DNA of 24,000 nucleotides from an uncultured Methanosarcinales archaeon (GCA_964353335.1 CAYGVI010000003.1:99308-123307), one strand, 5' to 3'; shown: positions 1-7,919, counted from the first letter of the stretch. The notes: a model not told the origin generated them from the sequence alone. Program-made: numbers and translations.

Positions 1-678
1 TTTGTTGTATTCCTTCAGGACCATTCTTCCTTCTGGCTTTTTTGAACAGTCAAGCTCAAATGTTTCCATTGCGCAGTTCGGCGCGTCTCCGAGGTTAAGG
101 ACTTCTGCCTCGCCAAGGTGCTCGACCAGCGCGCGGACAAGGACATAAGGCACGTGGTGAGTCACGATAAGCCCTCTTTTGCCGCCATAGTCTCGCACCA
201 GCTTGTCAAGGAAGCTGTGGACACGCATTTCAACGTCAGGATAGTTTTCACCGCCCAATAGCCTGTACCAGTATTTGCCGTCGCGCTTCCTGTCAAAGTA
301 TTCATCAGGATATTTTTCCTTTATCATATCTGTCGTGAGTGCGTGCAGCCTTCCAAATTCCTTTTCCCTGAGCCTATTGTCCTTGTAAACCCTCAGGTCA
401 TACCCTATTTTTGACACTATTCCGCCTGCTGTCTGCAGTGTCCTTTGGTATGGCGATGAGAAGCAAAAGTCAAACTTGGGCTGTTTTGCGAGATATTCCC
501 CTGTCTTTTCTGCCTGCCACACCCCAATATCTGTCAGCGCAATGTCAGCGTCGCGTATGTTTCGCAGCCTTTCCAGTGATTGCTTAAGGTCAGCATCAAG
601 AAGGTCAGGGGTTATGTTCTGCTCTGACTGCCCGTGCCTGACAACAACAAGCCTTTTGGGCCACTTCAGCTGCACCAT
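1..678 (-). CDS. Histidine phosphatase family (phosphoglycerate mutase-like) protein, C-terminus beyond window edge
   Basis: Read manually from the reverse strand (runs off the window so not in ORF track): MVQLKWPKRLVVVRHGQSEQN... with RHG catalytic motif, ...FSSPYQRTLQTA... and ...GLIVTHHVPYVLVRALV... TATA-like TTTATAAT centred about 25 nt upstream of the ATG. Confidence 0.82.
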   Translation of the reverse strand, partial: MVQLKWPKRLVVVRHGQSEQNITPDLLDADLKQSLERLRNIRDADIALTDIGVWQAEKTGEYLAKQPKFDFCFSSPYQRTLQTAGGIVSKIGYDLRVYKDNRLREKEFGRLHALTTDMIKEKYPDEYFDRKRDGKYWYRLLGGENYPDVEMRVHSFLDKLVRDYGGKRGLIVTHHVPYVLVRALVEHLGEAEVLNLGDAPNCAMETFELDCSKKPEGRMVLKEYNK

Positions 679-700
679 AGAATAAATGCAATTCTGCTGA

Positions 701-1564
701 TTATAAAGCTTCAGGGATTTTCATGTCATACTTCTTGCACTGGCTGCGGATAAACTCAGGCACATTGACTGTCACACCTTCGCCTTTCAGTTCAATTGTG
801 CGCGGCTCCTTGTGCATATCAAGCAGAAGCGCCTGATCTAAGTTCCCTTTCGGCACATTGCTTAAATAAATAGCCAAAACAATTCCCTGCTTGAAATCTT
901 CCAATTTGCTCTCCAATTCAGGCACTATTTTTGCCCCAAGTTCTTTTACTGCAACAAGATAGTCCATGCTTGGATAGTAGGGTATTTCACGCAGGCGCTG
1001 TTTCAGCTGTTCATCAGTTATCTTGCCTTCCTTGCGCTCCTTTTGAACGCGCTGGTATTCCGAAGGCAACATTGCATGGCCAAGATTAAAGTGCGCAGCA
1101 ACATCAAGGTCTCCTGCAATCACTTCAAGGCTTGAGCTCAGAGTGCTTAAATCATGCGCTTCCTCTCCAAAACTCCTGAATGGAAGTTCCCTGTTCAGAT
1201 TGGCAATATGCAGTATGTCGATATCAATCGTCCCGTTCCGCTTTTCCCAGTGTTTCCCGCGCGTACTACTATATTCGTTGTAAAACACATAAGCTGCCGT
1301 TGGGATTCTGAGCAATGGAGGCATTTCTTCATAGACAGGTATTGTTTTTTGCGTTGGAATTCCAAGAGCCATCTGAGTGCGCTGTGCGATCTGTCCTTTT
1401 CCGCCAAAACCTGTGCATCCTTCGTGTGTATCGCGGACTATCCTGACAAGCACCTGCTGTCCGATATTAGCGTCAATAAGCTGTTGAAGAGAATCTGTAT
1501 TCTTTTTAATAAGTTCAATTCGCTTTTCCTGTTCCTCTATAGAATACACTTCCATTTCCCCCAC
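701..1564 (-). CDS. Conserved-looking hypothetical protein, 287 aa (GTG start, or ATG at 1555)
   Basis: Long ORF, no overlap with better ORF; TATA-like element at about 1589-1596 upstream on the minus strand. Confidence 0.7.
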   Translation of the reverse strand: MGEMEVYSIEEQEKRIELIKKNTDSLQQLIDANIGQQVLVRIVRDTHEGCTGFGGKGQIAQRTQMALGIPTQKTIPVYEEMPPLLRIPTAAYVFYNEYSSTRGKHWEKRNGTIDIDILHIANLNRELPFRSFGEEAHDLSTLSSSLEVIAGDLDVAAHFNLGHAMLPSEYQRVQKERKEGKITDEQLKQRLREIPYYPSMDYLVAVKELGAKIVPELESKLEDFKQGIVLAIYLSNVPKGNLDQALLLDMHKEPRTIELKGEGVTVNVPEFIRSQCKKYDMKIPEAL

Positions 1565-1661
1565 CTCAAAAGCAGTAATAATACTGGTCTTTATAACGAT
1601 TTGTGGGCTGGAATAGAGATAAATCTAAGGGCTGACAAACCCCGGCAGATGCCCTTGCGGA

Positions 1662-1770
1662 CACCTGCGCAGGGAAAAAGAGGTGATTGGTATTATCTTC
1701 TTCTCGCGCGATTGAGGAATGCAAACCCACGCAGGCAGCCGAAGCCACCTGCGCGGGAAAAAGAGGTGAT
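1662..1770. repeat. Two-copy imperfect direct repeat CACCTGCGC(A)GGGAAAAAGAGGTGAT (1662-1687 and 1746-1770), embedded in a longer weaker similarity
   Basis: Direct comparison of the two copies; the 1-nt indel breaks the shared reading frame, suggesting DNA/RNA rather than protein repeat. Confidence 0.7.
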
Positions 1771-1855
1771 AGATATTGATTTGAGTATGATTTTTTTAGC
1801 TCTCTCCCCTTTGACTACCCCCCTTATACACGCTAATGTGTATATTATAGTATAT

Positions 1856-1893
1856 AAACCTTTCGGTTTTTATGCTACTAGGGAGTAGTAGCA
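1856..1893. other. Two adjacent hairpins: AAACC-tttc-GGTTT plus T-run (1856-1871) and TGCTACTA-gggag-TAGTAGCA (1873-1893)
   Basis: Perfect inverted repeats read from sequence. Confidence 0.6.
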
Positions 1894-1984
1894 CAGTTAC
1901 GGAGCAGAGCGCCCTATTTGCTCGCCCATAACGCCTCCTAACCCCCTATAAGCTTATTAATGGGCTTTCTACTATTTAAATATT

Positions 1985-2491
1985 ATGCACAAGAAGGATT
2001 GCATCTGCAAAAAGCCCGCAAGGGTGTTTTTCACTCATTTAAGCCCCCTTTGCAGGGAATGTTTTGCCCTATTATTAAGGAGAAGGGCAAGAAAAGCCAT
2101 CCAAGACTATGGATGGCTCAAGCCAAACCAGAGAGTGTTTATCGACGGAGAAAAAGCAGTCTCAATTCTCTTCAAGTCTGCAGTAACCGGCCTTCCCCTC
2201 AAATATGTTTCCAAGAGCAAGACAGAAGTAATTATCGTCGGAAAAACAGCTGATGACGAGGCTGTTGAATTTCTTGAAAATTTATTCGCAGGAAAAAAGC
2301 AAAAAAAGAGCAAATCCCTAAATATTTTCGAGAACATAACTTCAGCAGAGCTTGAAAAATACTGCGAGCTAAAAAAAATAATCCGAAAAAACCGGAAGAA
2401 ATCCGAACTCAGGCAAAAACTTGAAGAACTTGAGCAGCGCTACCCTGGAATTATGTTTGCATTGCAGAAAAGCAGGGAGTCATTCAGCTGA
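1985..2491 (+). CDS. Miniaturised NcsA/TtuA/TIGR00269-like protein (168 aa) with N-terminal Zn-finger-like region, lacking SGGKDS PP-loop
   Basis: CICKKPARVFF...LCRECF...RRARKAIQDYGWLKPNQRVFI resembles the N-terminus of archaeal NcsA/TtuA proteins; ...VGKTADDEAVEFLENLFAG... and ...ELEQRYPGIMFALQKSRE resemble the LDDEA and C-terminal segments. TATA-like element centred 27.5 nt upstream of ATG. Confidence 0.6.
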   Translation: MHKKDCICKKPARVFFTHLSPLCRECFALLLRRRARKAIQDYGWLKPNQRVFIDGEKAVSILFKSAVTGLPLKYVSKSKTEVIIVGKTADDEAVEFLENLFAGKKQKKSKSLNIFENITSAELEKYCELKKIIRKNRKKSELRQKLEELEQRYPGIMFALQKSRESFS

Positions 2492-3315
2492 TGAAACAGG
2501 TTTTTATCGTCGGAGCGCTGCTATTGCTCGCAGCCTGCGCCAGAAACATCCCAATAGAAACAGGCCCTGAAATTGAGGCATACTTCTGCGAGAAAGAGAA
2601 CTGCACAACAATGCTCGCGAACCTGATCAACAACGCAGAAAACGCAAAATGCGCATTATACGACGTTAGCATTCCGGAAATAAGGAATGCTTTGAAAAAT
2701 ATCGAGTGGAAGACAGAAGACGGCAAAAGCCCATTAATGCACAACAAATTCTGCATAATTAACAAGAGCGTTGTCTGGACAGGCTCCTGGAACCCGACAA
2801 AAACAACAAGGGCAAACAATGCAGTAATAATACACTCACCAAGCCTTGCGAGAAATTATCTTGACGAATATGACGAGCTTCCTGGCGGCAGAAGGCACGT
2901 CATCCACCCTAAAGTCTCATACAACAACATAATCATAGAGAATTATTTCTGCCCAGAAGACAGGTGCAAGGAACATGTTCTGGAGCAGTTGCAGCCTGCC
3001 AAAAAGGAAATTGTGTTCATGCTCGCAGACCTGACTGACGAGGATATAATCAAGCAGTTGCAAAGGACAGACATCAAAGTAGAAGGAATAATTGACAAGT
3101 CTGAAAAAGACGCCCAAAAAGCGCTTCCTTTTGCAAAAACAGGAAACATCCACAGCAAGGTCTTTATTATTGACGCAAACACAGTCATAACAGGCTCTTA
3201 CAACCCGACAAGAAACGGCAATGAATACAACGACGAAAACATCTTAATTATCCACGACTACGCAACAGCAAAGAAGTTTTTGGACGAATACCGCACCCTT
3301 GCCGGAGTTCAGTAG
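2491..3315 (+). CDS. Exported PLD-superfamily lipoprotein (two HKD-like motifs)
   Basis: Signal peptide with lipobox LLLAAC; HNKFCIINKSVVWTGSWNPT and HSKVFIIDANTVITGSYNPT match HxK(x)4D/N(x)6GSxN; start codon overlaps stop of upstream gene. Confidence 0.8.
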   Translation: MKQVFIVGALLLLAACARNIPIETGPEIEAYFCEKENCTTMLANLINNAENAKCALYDVSIPEIRNALKNIEWKTEDGKSPLMHNKFCIINKSVVWTGSWNPTKTTRANNAVIIHSPSLARNYLDEYDELPGGRRHVIHPKVSYNNIIIENYFCPEDRCKEHVLEQLQPAKKEIVFMLADLTDEDIIKQLQRTDIKVEGIIDKSEKDAQKALPFAKTGNIHSKVFIIDANTVITGSYNPTRNGNEYNDENILIIHDYATAKKFLDEYRTLAGVQ

Positions 3316-3326
3316 CTTTATAAAGC
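3315..3326 (+). promoter_or_regulatory. Palindromic TATA box GCTTTATAAAGC
   Basis: Centred at 3320.5, 25.5 nt before ATG at 3346. Confidence 0.6.
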
Positions 3327-3345
3327 CCTCGACGGTATGTGTTCT

Positions 3346-4446
3346 ATGACAAATCTGTTCGCAGTTAAGATTACGTATGAGGGAAAGCCCTGCATTTTCT
3401 GCGTTGCTGACTCTCAGGCAACAAACTCTTCTAACGGCACAAAGCACAGCGAGCAGAAACTGGTTCAGCGCGGGCATAACCTGATTATGGACACAGGCCA
3501 TGCAGGCATTGCTTATGAGGTATATGAAAAACTTCTCGGAAAAGACGGCACTGCGCCTGAAATCACAGAGCTTATCCTGAAGCTCACAGAGGATTATGCA
3601 AAGCGTTATAATGGAAACATAAGAATGCACTCCGGATTTCTCGTTGCTGGAAAGGACAAGGACGGTGTGGGAATGTATTCAGTATCTGCAATTAACCATG
3701 AGAAGTCTGTCAGGGGAATATCCCCAATACCGCAGATGTATTCAGACGGAGTGGGCGGCTATCATGTAAGGCCCGCGTTCAACCGCGATATGGAAATGGG
3801 GTATACAAAGTATCCTGAAACGCCCCTTGAGGCAATGTTCATGTGCTTCAAGGCAGGGATGAAGGCCAATGATGACCTTGGTGTGGACAGCAAGCTGCAG
3901 TATGGATTTGTTTCAGGCGACACATCAAGGCTGCTTATGCCTGTGGGAATAAATCCTGTTTCTTTCGAGGATGTCAACATATACCACACAAACATTACAG
4001 GAGTCAAATTCGAACTGACAAAGGAGAATTGTTCAAAACTTGCCGAGGCATACACTCCAGAATTCAGGACTGAAGAGGCATTTTATCATGCTTTGGAAAC
4101 AATGATGCACAGGCTTGATTCAATCGATGTCAGGTGCAACAGGCTGAACACAGAGCTTAAAACAGGAAAAGCACTGGCAGCAGAAACCAAGAAAAAGCAG
4201 GATGAGCTTAACCCGTGGGATCATGCGGTTCTTGATTACAAAATCAATCTGGAAAAGCTACAGGAGGCAAAAGCGCGCGTCCAGCCTTTTGTCGACGCAT
4301 TCATGAAAGGCGGGCTTGACAATATTGTTCCTGTTGTCAGGGAATTTGACAAGCAGCAGGAAAAAGAATACGCAAATGCTTTGTCTTCGCTGGAAGCCCA
4401 AAGGTCAAGAGAAAGAGGAGACCCACCGGACGAACCACCTATCTAA
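3346..4446 (+). CDS. Divergent Ntn-hydrolase/proteasome-beta/HslV-like protein with long C-terminal helical region (366 aa from ATG 3346)
   Basis: MTNLFAVKITYEGKPCIFCVADSQAT... resembles HslV ([22 protein letters not shown]) and proteasome beta (TTTVGLVFKDGVVLATDRRAT); HNLIMDTGHAGIAYEVYEKL resembles the following strand/GxxGD segment; YGFVSGDTS resembles the GSG region. Confidence 0.5.
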   Translation: MTNLFAVKITYEGKPCIFCVADSQATNSSNGTKHSEQKLVQRGHNLIMDTGHAGIAYEVYEKLLGKDGTAPEITELILKLTEDYAKRYNGNIRMHSGFLVAGKDKDGVGMYSVSAINHEKSVRGISPIPQMYSDGVGGYHVRPAFNRDMEMGYTKYPETPLEAMFMCFKAGMKANDDLGVDSKLQYGFVSGDTSRLLMPVGINPVSFEDVNIYHTNITGVKFELTKENCSKLAEAYTPEFRTEEAFYHALETMMHRLDSIDVRCNRLNTELKTGKALAAETKKKQDELNPWDHAVLDYKINLEKLQEAKARVQPFVDAFMKGGLDNIVPVVREFDKQQEKEYANALSSLEAQRSRERGDPPDEPPI

Positions 4447-4911
4447 TCACTTTATCAGCTGATGCTTTCTAAGAAGTTCTTTCAGTCTTTCAAATTCAGA
4501 GCCTGACTTGAACTCGCTCATCTTCTCAGGCGGCAATTGCTTAATCACATAAAGCGCGATTTTTGCGATTTCCTTCATATCCTGCATATTCTCGTCCTTG
4601 ACAAGCATCTGCTGGACTTCCTCTGCAGGCACATTTGCAGGCGCTTTTTCGCCCTTGCCCACAAGCCCAAGAGACTCAAGAATCCTTGTCAAAGCCCCTT
4701 TCTTCTCAAAAATATCTTCCTCGCCAGGCATTGTTTCAGGAATTTCTGCAGGGCTTCCCTCCTCATACTTCTGCACTTCCGGAGGTAGTTCTGGTTCTGG
4801 CATTTTTTTCTTCCTCTTGAACGCGCCGAATATGTCAGGGAATTTAATTCTTGCCCTGCGGCGCTGGGAAATGTACTGCTCTAGTTCTTTCTCAAATTCT
4901 CCCCTTGTCAT
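4447..4911 (-). CDS. Hypothetical charged cytosolic protein, 154 aa
   Basis: Complete ORF with TATA-like element (TTAATAAA) centred about 29 nt upstream of ATG; the opposite-strand 4598..4927 ORF lacks a plausible product. Confidence 0.6.
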   Translation of the reverse strand: MTRGEFEKELEQYISQRRRARIKFPDIFGAFKRKKKMPEPELPPEVQKYEEGSPAEIPETMPGEEDIFEKKGALTRILESLGLVGKGEKAPANVPAEEVQQMLVKDENMQDMKEIAKIALYVIKQLPPEKMSEFKSGSEFERLKELLRKHQLIK

Positions 4912-4948
4912 CCCTCTGCGTGCTTGACGCTTCTGGTTTATTAATGTG

Positions 4949-5008
4949 TCGGAAACACCGACGTGTTTCCGAGCACGCTCAAGAACCCCTAGCGTCGGTG
5001 GTTCTTGA
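4949..5008. promoter_or_regulatory. Double inverted-repeat element: TCGGAAACAC-CGAC-GTGTTTCCGA and TCAAGAACC-N12-GGTTCTTGA with complementary loops
   Basis: Perfect 10-bp and 9-bp stems; CACCGACG (4956-4963) is the reverse complement of CGTCGGTG (4993-5000). Confidence 0.7.
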
Positions 5009-5144
5009 CGTTTTGGCTAATCACCGTTTATATACTTCTATGTATTATAAACAGAATATCACCTTATCTAAGATATATATCCAAATAGCCATAAAACCAG
5101 CTCTGCGGATTAAATTTATAAACATCCTGCAGTTAACCAAGAAT

Positions 5145-5414
5145 ATGAACATACTGCTTACAGGCGCGCTTATAGGCGGATTGGGCGGTTTGCTGAGGTC
5201 AATCATAGGGCTTGGCAAATCATTGGCTGCAAAGCGAAGAATCCGCTGGCCTTATTTCTTCATAACAGTGCTCCTCGCAGTGATTATAGGATTAATCCTC
5301 GGCGCACTGACAAGCGTGAGCAGGCCGATTGCTTTCCTTGCAGGCTATGGAGGAACTGACATTCTTGAAGGCATTGGCAAGGTCATAAAGATTATTCCGG
5401 TGGAAATAAAGTGA
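5145..5414 (+). CDS. Small membrane protein with about 2 TM segments and GYGGTD motif (89 aa)
   Basis: MNILLTGALIGGLGGLLRSIIG...YFFITVLLAVIIGLILGAL...FLAGYGGTDILEGIGKVI; TTTATAAA centred 26.5 nt upstream of ATG. Track ORF 4851..5414 is over-extended. Confidence 0.7.
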   Translation: MNILLTGALIGGLGGLLRSIIGLGKSLAAKRRIRWPYFFITVLLAVIIGLILGALTSVSRPIAFLAGYGGTDILEGIGKVIKIIPVEIK

Positions 5415-5968
5415 AGCGGGCAATAATTGTCCACGGCTGGTCAGACAACCCTGAAGGCTCGTGGTTTCCCTGGCTGAAAAGAAAGCTGGAAGAAAAAGGC
5501 ATGAAAGTTGAAGTGCCAGCAATGCCTGACACAGACATTCCAAAAATTGACGCCTGGGTAAAAAAGCTGGAAGAAACAATTGGAAAGCCTGACAGGGACA
5601 CTTTTCTCATCGGACACAGCATTGGCTGCCAGGCAATAATGCGCTATTTGGAAAAAACAAATGCAAAAGTGGGCGGTATCTTGTTTGTTGCAGGCTGGTT
5701 CACGCTAAAAGACCTTGGAAACGATGAAAAAATCATAGCAAAGCCCTGGCTGGAAACAAAGATAGACACTGACAAAGTAAAAACAAACAGGATAATTGCA
5801 ATTTTCTGCGACGATGACCCTTATGTGCCAATAACAGACGCAGAAACATTCAAAAATCGCCTCAATGCTGAAACAATCACAGTCACAGGCAAAGGCCACT
5901 TCTCAGGCGAAGACGGAGTCACAGAACTTCCAGAAGCATTGGAAGCAATCCTAACCCTCAGTCGCTGA
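5411..5968 (+). CDS. Serine hydrolase, RBBP9/YdeN-like alpha/beta hydrolase
   Basis: RAIIVHGWSDNPEGSWFPWLKRKL...FLIGHSIGCQAIMRYLE...VGGILFVAGW...CDDDPYVP...KGHFSGEDGVTELP: oxyanion loop, GHSIG nucleophile elbow, Asp and His regions; overlaps preceding gene by 4 nt. Confidence 0.85.
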   Translation: MKRAIIVHGWSDNPEGSWFPWLKRKLEEKGMKVEVPAMPDTDIPKIDAWVKKLEETIGKPDRDTFLIGHSIGCQAIMRYLEKTNAKVGGILFVAGWFTLKDLGNDEKIIAKPWLETKIDTDKVKTNRIIAIFCDDDPYVPITDAETFKNRLNAETITVTGKGHFSGEDGVTELPEALEAILTLSR

Positions 5969-6179
5969 ACAAATCCTCAAATTCTTTTATCTTGCGCCTT
6001 GCCTTCCCTGCGTATATCGCCTCGAGCCAGTGCTGTTTGTCTTTCTTGCTGGCTTTTCTCCAGACGTGCTGTGCAAGAATAAATCTGGCCAAAGCAGAAA
6101 CAGCAATTTCTTTTTTCTTGGCTTCTTTCTTAAGCGCGTTAAGAATTTCAGGCGGCAATGAAGTGTAAAGTCTTGCCAT
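5958..6179 (-). CDS. Small ribbon-helix-helix-like protein (73 aa)
   Basis: MARLYTSLPPEILNALKKEAKKKEIAVSALARFILAQHVWRK has RHH-like spacing (short strand, then two helices); follows the 6182 gene immediately. Confidence 0.5.
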   Translation of the reverse strand: MARLYTSLPPEILNALKKEAKKKEIAVSALARFILAQHVWRKASKKDKQHWLEAIYAGKARRKIKEFEDLFSD

Positions 6180-6181
6180 TT

Positions 6182-7048
6182 TCAGTAAATCGGCTTGTAG
6201 AATGCCTCATTCGGCGAAATCTGGTCCCTTGAACGGTGGATGACATCCTCTGGCCTGACGCGGTTTATCACAAGGTTGTCGAAAGCATACATCTCAAGCG
6301 GGCCCTTTACAACGCGTATCGGAAGTCCTGCATCAGGGAAGAAGAACATCTCAATTCCGTCCTTAAACACAACGCGCGTTGTTTCCACGCTGTTCAGGAA
6401 ATATTTCCCGTGCTCCTCGTCTCCGACAGCAAGGCGCAGGTATTCTGCCAGCCAGTCATCAGGCATCTTTATCACAAATTCATCATATGAAAGGTTGAAT
6501 GCCTTGTCCATCAGCTTCAGGCTGTCGCATTCCCTTCTGACTTCATCGCTAAACCCGAAGCAGTATCCTGTTGCTGTCTTGTCAGTGCGGTCAAAAATAA
6601 GCTCGTCAACAAAAATCTCAGAATACTTGACTTCAGAAAGGACAATATTGCGCTTGTTAATCGCGGTTCTTGGCAGATATCTGATTTTGTCGCCGCGCAC
6701 ATAGAACGTGCCCTTTGAAGTCTTGAACTGGTAAGAGTCAATTGTTTTGTAAGTATTCATCATGTCGCCGACAACTGTTGTCTTGTTTCGCTGTGGAAGC
6801 GGCTCTGGATGCGTAATTGCCTCAACAATCCTCTCTTCTTCTGCCTTGATTACCTTCTCTTTTACACCGTCATCAAACGCCTGCTGTCTTTCAACCTGCA
6901 CCTGCCCCCTGTCAACAACAACCTGCTCAGAAGGTGCTGCAACAACAGGCTCTGTAACTGTCTCATTTGGCACTGCCGGCGCCTGCTCCTTGGGCGCGCC
7001 GCAGGCTACAAGCATCAAAAGAACAAACAATGCAAGCAGTTTCCTCAT
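6182..7048 (-). CDS. Putative lipoprotein A of a related tandem pair
   Basis: MRKLLALFVLLMLVACGAP lipobox; Pro/Glu linker; C-terminal domain similar to the neighbour at 7084-7887. Confidence 0.75.
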   Translation of the reverse strand: MRKLLALFVLLMLVACGAPKEQAPAVPNETVTEPVVAAPSEQVVVDRGQVQVERQQAFDDGVKEKVIKAEEERIVEAITHPEPLPQRNKTTVVGDMMNTYKTIDSYQFKTSKGTFYVRGDKIRYLPRTAINKRNIVLSEVKYSEIFVDELIFDRTDKTATGYCFGFSDEVRRECDSLKLMDKAFNLSYDEFVIKMPDDWLAEYLRLAVGDEEHGKYFLNSVETTRVVFKDGIEMFFFPDAGLPIRVVKGPLEMYAFDNLVINRVRPEDVIHRSRDQISPNEAFYKPIY

Positions 7049-7083
7049 ATACAATCAACACTCTCTCTCCTATTATATTAATT

Positions 7084-7887
7084 TTACTCAGGAACCATCT
7101 TCTGGCCGAATCCAAGCGAGTTCTTTGACAGGCGCTCGTACTTGTACTCAATGCCGTTGTCAACAACTGCGAGAGGCAGGCCAATGGTTGGGTCAATGTA
7201 AACATCAACAATTCTGGTCTGGCTCTGGTGCTTCAAATGCACTGTATCGCGGTCAGATACGAGCTTGGGGGCGTCAGCAACAGTCATGTAAAGGTTCTGG
7301 TAATCAACAAGCCAGTCTTCTGGCAGCTGAATCTTGACCTGAACATATGGCATTGCAAACTTCGTGCCAAGCGCGTTCTGCTGTAAACACTGCCTCTTTA
7401 TGTTGTCATCGCGGCCCTCGCACACTCCGACTGCAGTGCGGTTCTCAAGGTCAAGGTAAATCGTGTCAATGAAAGGCGCGTGGTACATGTTCTCCAGGAC
7501 CCTGAAGGGTATTATCTTTGCCCTCTTTCCCTCAACAAACCACTGGTCTCCCTTGTAATTGAACTTGTAATTCTTTGCCTCCTTCCTGAAAATCACCTGA
7601 TACTTGGTGATGCTTGGAGGCGCTTCTGGCTGCCTCTCAAAGAATGATTTTTCTGACTCATTTTCCTCAACAGACGGCACAACAGGAGGCTGAGCAACAG
7701 CAGGAGCTGTCACTTTTTCCTCAGGAGGATGCTCAACAACAATATTAGGATTTGCAGCAGGCTGGGGCGCCGGAACAGCAGGCGCAGCCGGCTCAGAAGG
7801 CGTGACAGGCACGTCCTCAATAACAACCGGCTTGCAAGCCACAAGAACAATAACCGCCAATATTGCTATAATTAGTCCCCAACGCAT
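7084..7887 (-). CDS. Putative lipoprotein B of a related tandem pair (ATG at 7887; track start 7947 is over-extended)
   Basis: MRWGLIIAILAVIVLVACKP lipobox; start codon 26.5 nt from the palindromic TATA centre. Confidence 0.75.
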   Translation of the reverse strand: MRWGLIIAILAVIVLVACKPVVIEDVPVTPSEPAAPAVPAPQPAANPNIVVEHPPEEKVTAPAVAQPPVVPSVEENESEKSFFERQPEAPPSITKYQVIFRKEAKNYKFNYKGDQWFVEGKRAKIIPFRVLENMYHAPFIDTIYLDLENRTAVGVCEGRDDNIKRQCLQQNALGTKFAMPYVQVKIQLPEDWLVDYQNLYMTVADAPKLVSDRDTVHLKHQSQTRIVDVYIDPTIGLPLAVVDNGIEYKYERLSKNSLGFGQKMVPE

Positions 7888-7907
7888 GCGTTTTGGCAGT
7901 AAGGCAG

Positions 7908-7919
7908 GATTTATAAATC
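7908..7919. promoter_or_regulatory. Symmetric bidirectional TATA box GATTTATAAATC
   Basis: Perfect palindrome centred at 7913.5, exactly 26.5 nt from both divergent start codons (7887 minus, 7940 plus). Confidence 0.75.

Noticed and set aside
1662-1770. CRISPR-like repeat pair
   Set aside because: Only two imperfect copies with one 58-nt interval; no further units or cas genes in the window.
1154-1888. Plus-strand 244-aa ORF
   Set aside because: Mostly antisense to the better 701-1564 gene; composition (Phe/Ser/His-rich, no domain) looks like a shadow ORF. Its 3' part 1649-1888 remains only a weak possibility.
4447-4447. Convergent genes with 0-bp spacing as a sign of frameshift or misannotation
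   Set aside because: Both stop codons are clear and compact convergent arrangements also occur at 5958-5968, so this is ordinary for this genome.
6762-7337. Plus-strand 191-aa ORF across the two lipoprotein genes
   Set aside because: Ser/Thr/Cys-rich antisense translation of Glu/Pro/Val-rich linkers; no plausible signal.
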